Assembly (NCBI GenBank): GCA_040285745.1
Contig: JAUFOR010000006.1
Span: 1 to 64,000, forward strand
Length of the DNA: 64,000 bases
Source of the DNA: Barthelona sp. PCE
Lineage: Eukaryota
Reading direction: 5' to 3'
Under the pieces are notes generated by a model. The model was given only the letters and a program-made list of their open reading frames with translations, ran no database searches and had not been told where the DNA came from. Made by a program: the position numbers and the translations under genes. Shown one piece after another: positions 60,433 through 64,000 of the stretch (its first letter is position 1; every line of letters starts with the position of its first letter).

Positions 60433-63021
60433 CTATTTTGCTGGAGTTAAGGGATTTAAATGAGTGTTAGCTAGTGTTTCTTCCAAATCTGACTCGAAAT
60501 CGCTGCTATCAACATTGTTATTATGCTGATCATAAAAGAAATAAACAATATCAGCATTTTCATTCAATTGCTGGAGTGAACCTGGAGATATGAAGGAAAG
60601 ATCCATCTTCTCTATCATCCTGATGTGTCTGATAATAGGGCGCATGTCCCAGAGTCCGGAATATGCAACAGCAGTTGAGTGAGAAAGCAATACCGAATAA
60701 AACTCAAAAACAGCAAGGATAAGTGAAGGTGCGGCGTTAGATAGATCAAAGATCTTACACAGCATTGATAACCTGTTGACAAAGTTGAGTTCTCTATCCA
60801 ATCGATAGAAACTAAGTCGCGCAAAGCTTGAACTCAAAAATCTAGATAGTGTGAGTAGAGAGACTGATAAGCTTGTATTAGAAAGATCTAAGTTATCAAA
60901 CATGCTATATACAAACTCGTCAAAGCTATGTGTGAAGACGGCGAAGACCAAATCAATAAAACTACCTTTTAAAAATTGCTTCTTTCGAGAAATATATTTT
61001 TTCTTTTCCAATGTTGAAGAAATTTGACTAAAAACTGGTGCAAAATCAAAAGAATAGACGAGACCCCATTGATCAATGAGAACAAGTACATTTTGAAATA
61101 TGGAGAAATCCCCACTGAATAGAATTTTAACGATTTTTTGGAATTGCTCTTGTGTAGGTATGTAAGAACGAAGATCCGATAATAGCTTTGTAATACACGT
61201 TATCGAATCAAACATATTGTCACTGTCAAGTATACATGAAACAAATGCTTCTTTTTGGTTGCTTTCAGCAAGATAGCATTGCACGAACCAGTCTTTGAAA
61301 TCCATATACTCCAGCATTTGGGCCAAGTACATGACCAGCTCGTTGGAGATATCACCACATATACAGTCAATAGGGTAGGTTCCTGAACCCACATTAGCAT
61401 TTATATGTCTGTACAGTGGGTTATTTTGGAAAAGAAAGAAAAATGGGTGCGTTGTCTCCAGAATATCCATTGCCATCTCAGCAGTTGTGCGTTGCCCAAT
61501 ACATGCGACAACAACATCCATGCAGCTCTTTAGGCCTGTGGTATCGACATGACCGTTTATCAAATCTGAAAACACTTCCTGCATTGAGAAAAGCACATAG
61601 TCAAATATACGCGTGGGATCGAGCCTCACGCCTTGCTGCACTGCACGCTTCACGTCAAGTAACATGCGACCTCTGTTGAGAAGATATACAGGTGACAGAT
61701 TGAGCTGTTGAAATCGATCACTTTCCATTGTGGTTATGAAAGTTTGGTAGCATATACAAGAAACAATGCTGTCGAGGTGGTTGCGGCGCGTCTCAGTGAC
61801 CGCAACAGTTTGCTCAGCATCTCTTTCATCGTCATCATCATCCACTGTTGACAGATGATGAGAACGATCAGGAACAAAACTAGCAAGTTGTGAAAAAGCC
61901 TCACTCTTCTGGATATCATCGCGAACTGAGACGAACCGATTGAGGAAGTCTATGCGCTCCAGCAATACACTGGCCTTCAGCAGATTCTCGTGCAATCCAT
62001 ACACAGATACGTATTCCCTCACGACATCAACCTCGTCAATCCACGTTGTTTCTTCATCCAGCGCAATACCCCTGTTTCCACGGTGTAGCTCTCTGATTAA
62101 CGATTCGTTTGAGCTGGAATTGTTAAGGAGCGACCCAATTTGCCGCCAGAAGCCTGCTTTAACGCGTGCCTCGACGCCACACTCGACTGTCCACGTATCA
62201 CAATCGATCAAAACATCAAAAAGATGCTTTTCTCTAAGCAAAACAATGGAGCTCGTTCCTGCTACATATGCAGAGTGGTTTTCAAAAGGAAACTCAAGAG
62301 TTACAAGCGGAAGCACCTCCTGGGTTACACGGAACGGGTATGTGAGGTAAGAAATTGCAATGGCAACCATGCTTGCTAGTGTCGGATTACTGGAATAGAT
62401 GAGAAAACGGTCTCCTCTCAGCAGCGCGCCAGCAAGATATGGTAAGTATTTGATGCATGGTTGCAGGACCAGCAGGGAAGTGCAGCACTGACGGTATCTA
62501 TAAGTTATTGGGACGTTTAGATTGAAACTGTGTTGCAAGATGTTCACTGTTAGACTATTAGAGCAGAAAGCGCGGTTAATCTGCTGGTATAGGATGCTGC
62601 AGATGGTAAGCTGTTGTGTTTCAAGATAGAAAAATAGTGCAGATTCCACTATTGGCTCCAACATCGAGTATAGAGGGAAGCTTGACAGTACAATGAATGC
62701 CGCTTGGCGTGCACCGCGCTTGTATTTAGGGTTTCTGAGACAACCATAGACACCAAGACCATAGAAATCAAAGTATCCAAATGATTGTGGAATGCGGAAG
62801 TGGACCGTTAGGGACTCATGCGCGTGTGCCCCATCGGGCAATGCAATACTTGCCATTAGCTCATTTATGCGTTTCTCGTCGGCACCGAGTTTAAGTGCTG
62901 GCCATTTGTGTATAATCGTGGGGCCGACGTCAAGGTCAAAAGACGCGACGGCGACCATCGGGAAAGGGACTGGATGTTTGATCCCGACGCTCATAAAGAG
63001 AAAAGGAAAAATATTAGACAT
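60433..63021 (-). CDS. DENN-domain protein (AVL9/DENND-like, putative Rab GEF) with helical C-terminus
   Basis: uDENN-like VASFDLDVGPTI...IALPDGAH, RGARQAAFIVLSSFP; cDENN-like FLIYS...YVAGTS...LFDVLID. Confidence 0.82.
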   Translation of the reverse strand: MSNIFPFLFMSVGIKHPVPFPMVAVASFDLDVGPTIIHKWPALKLGADEKRINELMASIALPDGAHAHESLTVHFRIPQSFGYFDFYGLGVYGCLRNPKYKRGARQAAFIVLSSFPLYSMLEPIVESALFFYLETQQLTICSILYQQINRAFCSNSLTVNILQHSFNLNVPITYRYRQCCTSLLVLQPCIKYLPYLAGALLRGDRFLIYSSNPTLASMVAIAISYLTYPFRVTQEVLPLVTLEFPFENHSAYVAGTSSIVLLREKHLFDVLIDCDTWTVECGVEARVKAGFWRQIGSLLNNSSSNESLIRELHRGNRGIALDEETTWIDEVDVVREYVSVYGLHENLLKASVLLERIDFLNRFVSVRDDIQKSEAFSQLASFVPDRSHHLSTVDDDDDERDAEQTVAVTETRRNHLDSIVSCICYQTFITTMESDRFQQLNLSPVYLLNRGRMLLDVKRAVQQGVRLDPTRIFDYVLFSMQEVFSDLINGHVDTTGLKSCMDVVVACIGQRTTAEMAMDILETTHPFFFLFQNNPLYRHINANVGSGTYPIDCICGDISNELVMYLAQMLEYMDFKDWFVQCYLAESNQKEAFVSCILDSDNMFDSITCITKLLSDLRSYIPTQEQFQKIVKILFSGDFSIFQNVLVLIDQWGLVYSFDFAPVFSQISSTLEKKKYISRKKQFLKGSFIDLVFAVFTHSFDEFVYSMFDNLDLSNTSLSVSLLTLSRFLSSSFARLSFYRLDRELNFVNRLSMLCKIFDLSNAAPSLILAVFEFYSVLLSHSTAVAYSGLWDMRPIIRHIRMIEKMDLSFISPGSLQQLNENADIVYFFYDQHNNNVDSSDFESDLEETLANTHLNPLTPAK

Positions 63022-63316
63022 GGAGCAAGCAGACTGTACACTAGGGGGGTGGAAAGGTTAATGGCATGAGGAGACGGATCCAAGCTATTAACGTTGTCAT
63101 TGTAAAAGCATAAAAAGAAAAAAAATTGGCAGTAGTTGTTGGTCTGCAGTTGTTCCGTTTTCTACTACCGCAATTTTCCAGTACAAATTTACAAACATAT
63201 CGCAATATTAGAGTGCTCAGAAATACATGTGAAAGCTTTCATGTACCTTGTGAACCAGATACCCTACAATAAATCCACAAAAATGTTTCTCCATCATAAA
63301 AATGAAAAAATTGAAA

Positions 63317-63997
63317 TTAGATAGTCTTCACTATTTCTTTCAGTTCATCATACGTAATCCTTGGGGCTGCAGAAGCTTCATTTAATAAAAACCAATTAAA
63401 ACGTATACGAGTTGATAATTTGGTTTGATTCTTGGAATGCAGTCTTTTTAACATAGAAAATTCACGCTCAACTCCAGAATTGCTGGCAGATGCACTGCTG
63501 TGTTGTCTAATTATAGCTCGGAAACCGGGTAAACCCTTCACAGATTCGTGGGTGTGGCCATGAACAAGTGCTGCACGAACATCTCTTTCTCTAATACCTG
63601 TATCATTGAAATCGAACTCATCGGCCACCCTTTGAGCACTTAAAGGGGGCTCACGCACACTTTGGGCACTTGGAGATAGTTCACTCTCCATACGATTGGA
63701 AGAACGGCGACTAGGACTGAGAAAGCCTGTCGATAATGGTAATACAATTGTTTGGGGTTCCACTTCTGGTGTATAGCGCATTACGACCTTCTTTCGATCT
63801 TCATTGGATGGTGAAAAGTCTAAATAGTAATTGGTACAAAGAATCGAAATTATATACCCCACTAACCCTCTATACAACAAAGGATCATTAAAATCTTTTG
63901 CCATATTAACATAAACGTGATCACTAATAAGATGTAATGCGGGACATTCACTTCCACAGCGCTTGAACTTGGTGGGTAAAAATGAAAAAACCATCAT
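63317..63997 (-). CDS. Hypothetical protein, probably 3' part of a gene extending beyond the window
   Basis: 226-codon ORF reaching the window edge; first ~10 codons look like a short intron. Confidence 0.65.
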   Translation of the reverse strand: MMVFSFLPTKFKRCGSECPALHLISDHVYVNMAKDFNDPLLYRGLVGYIISILCTNYYLDFSPSNEDRKKVVMRYTPEVEPQTIVLPLSTGFLSPSRRSSNRMESELSPSAQSVREPPLSAQRVADEFDFNDTGIRERDVRAALVHGHTHESVKGLPGFRAIIRQHSSASASNSGVEREFSMLKRLHSKNQTKLSTRIRFNWFLLNEASAAPRITYDELKEIVKTI

Positions 63998-64000
63998 ACC

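Overview
Eukaryotic (protist-like, lineage not assignable by eye) window. Positions 1-49214 are the end of a tandem rDNA array: six ~7.6-kb units on the minus strand (18S-ITS1-5.8S-ITS2-28S), each with a co-oriented 5S rRNA gene in the spacer. One unit carries a 6406-bp tyrosine-recombinase (DIRS-order, split-direct-repeat/Ngaro-PAT-like) retrotransposon at 20271-26676. It is inserted without a target duplication 104 bp upstream of the 5S gene. Its gag-like ORF is separated from pol by a single in-frame TGA, and RT, RNase H and tyrosine recombinase appear to lie in one polyprotein frame. The spacer also contains a ~227-bp fold-back segment that is missing from the element-bearing unit and has a diverged homolog just outside the array. 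Beyond the array lie a probable retroelement relic next to tRNA-Thr(AGT), decayed ORFs, and compact host genes (RING-H2, ankyrin, DENN/AVL9-like, hypothetical), two of which have candidate 32-36-nt introns. Homopolymer indels are common, so frameshifts and copy differences may be sequencing errors.
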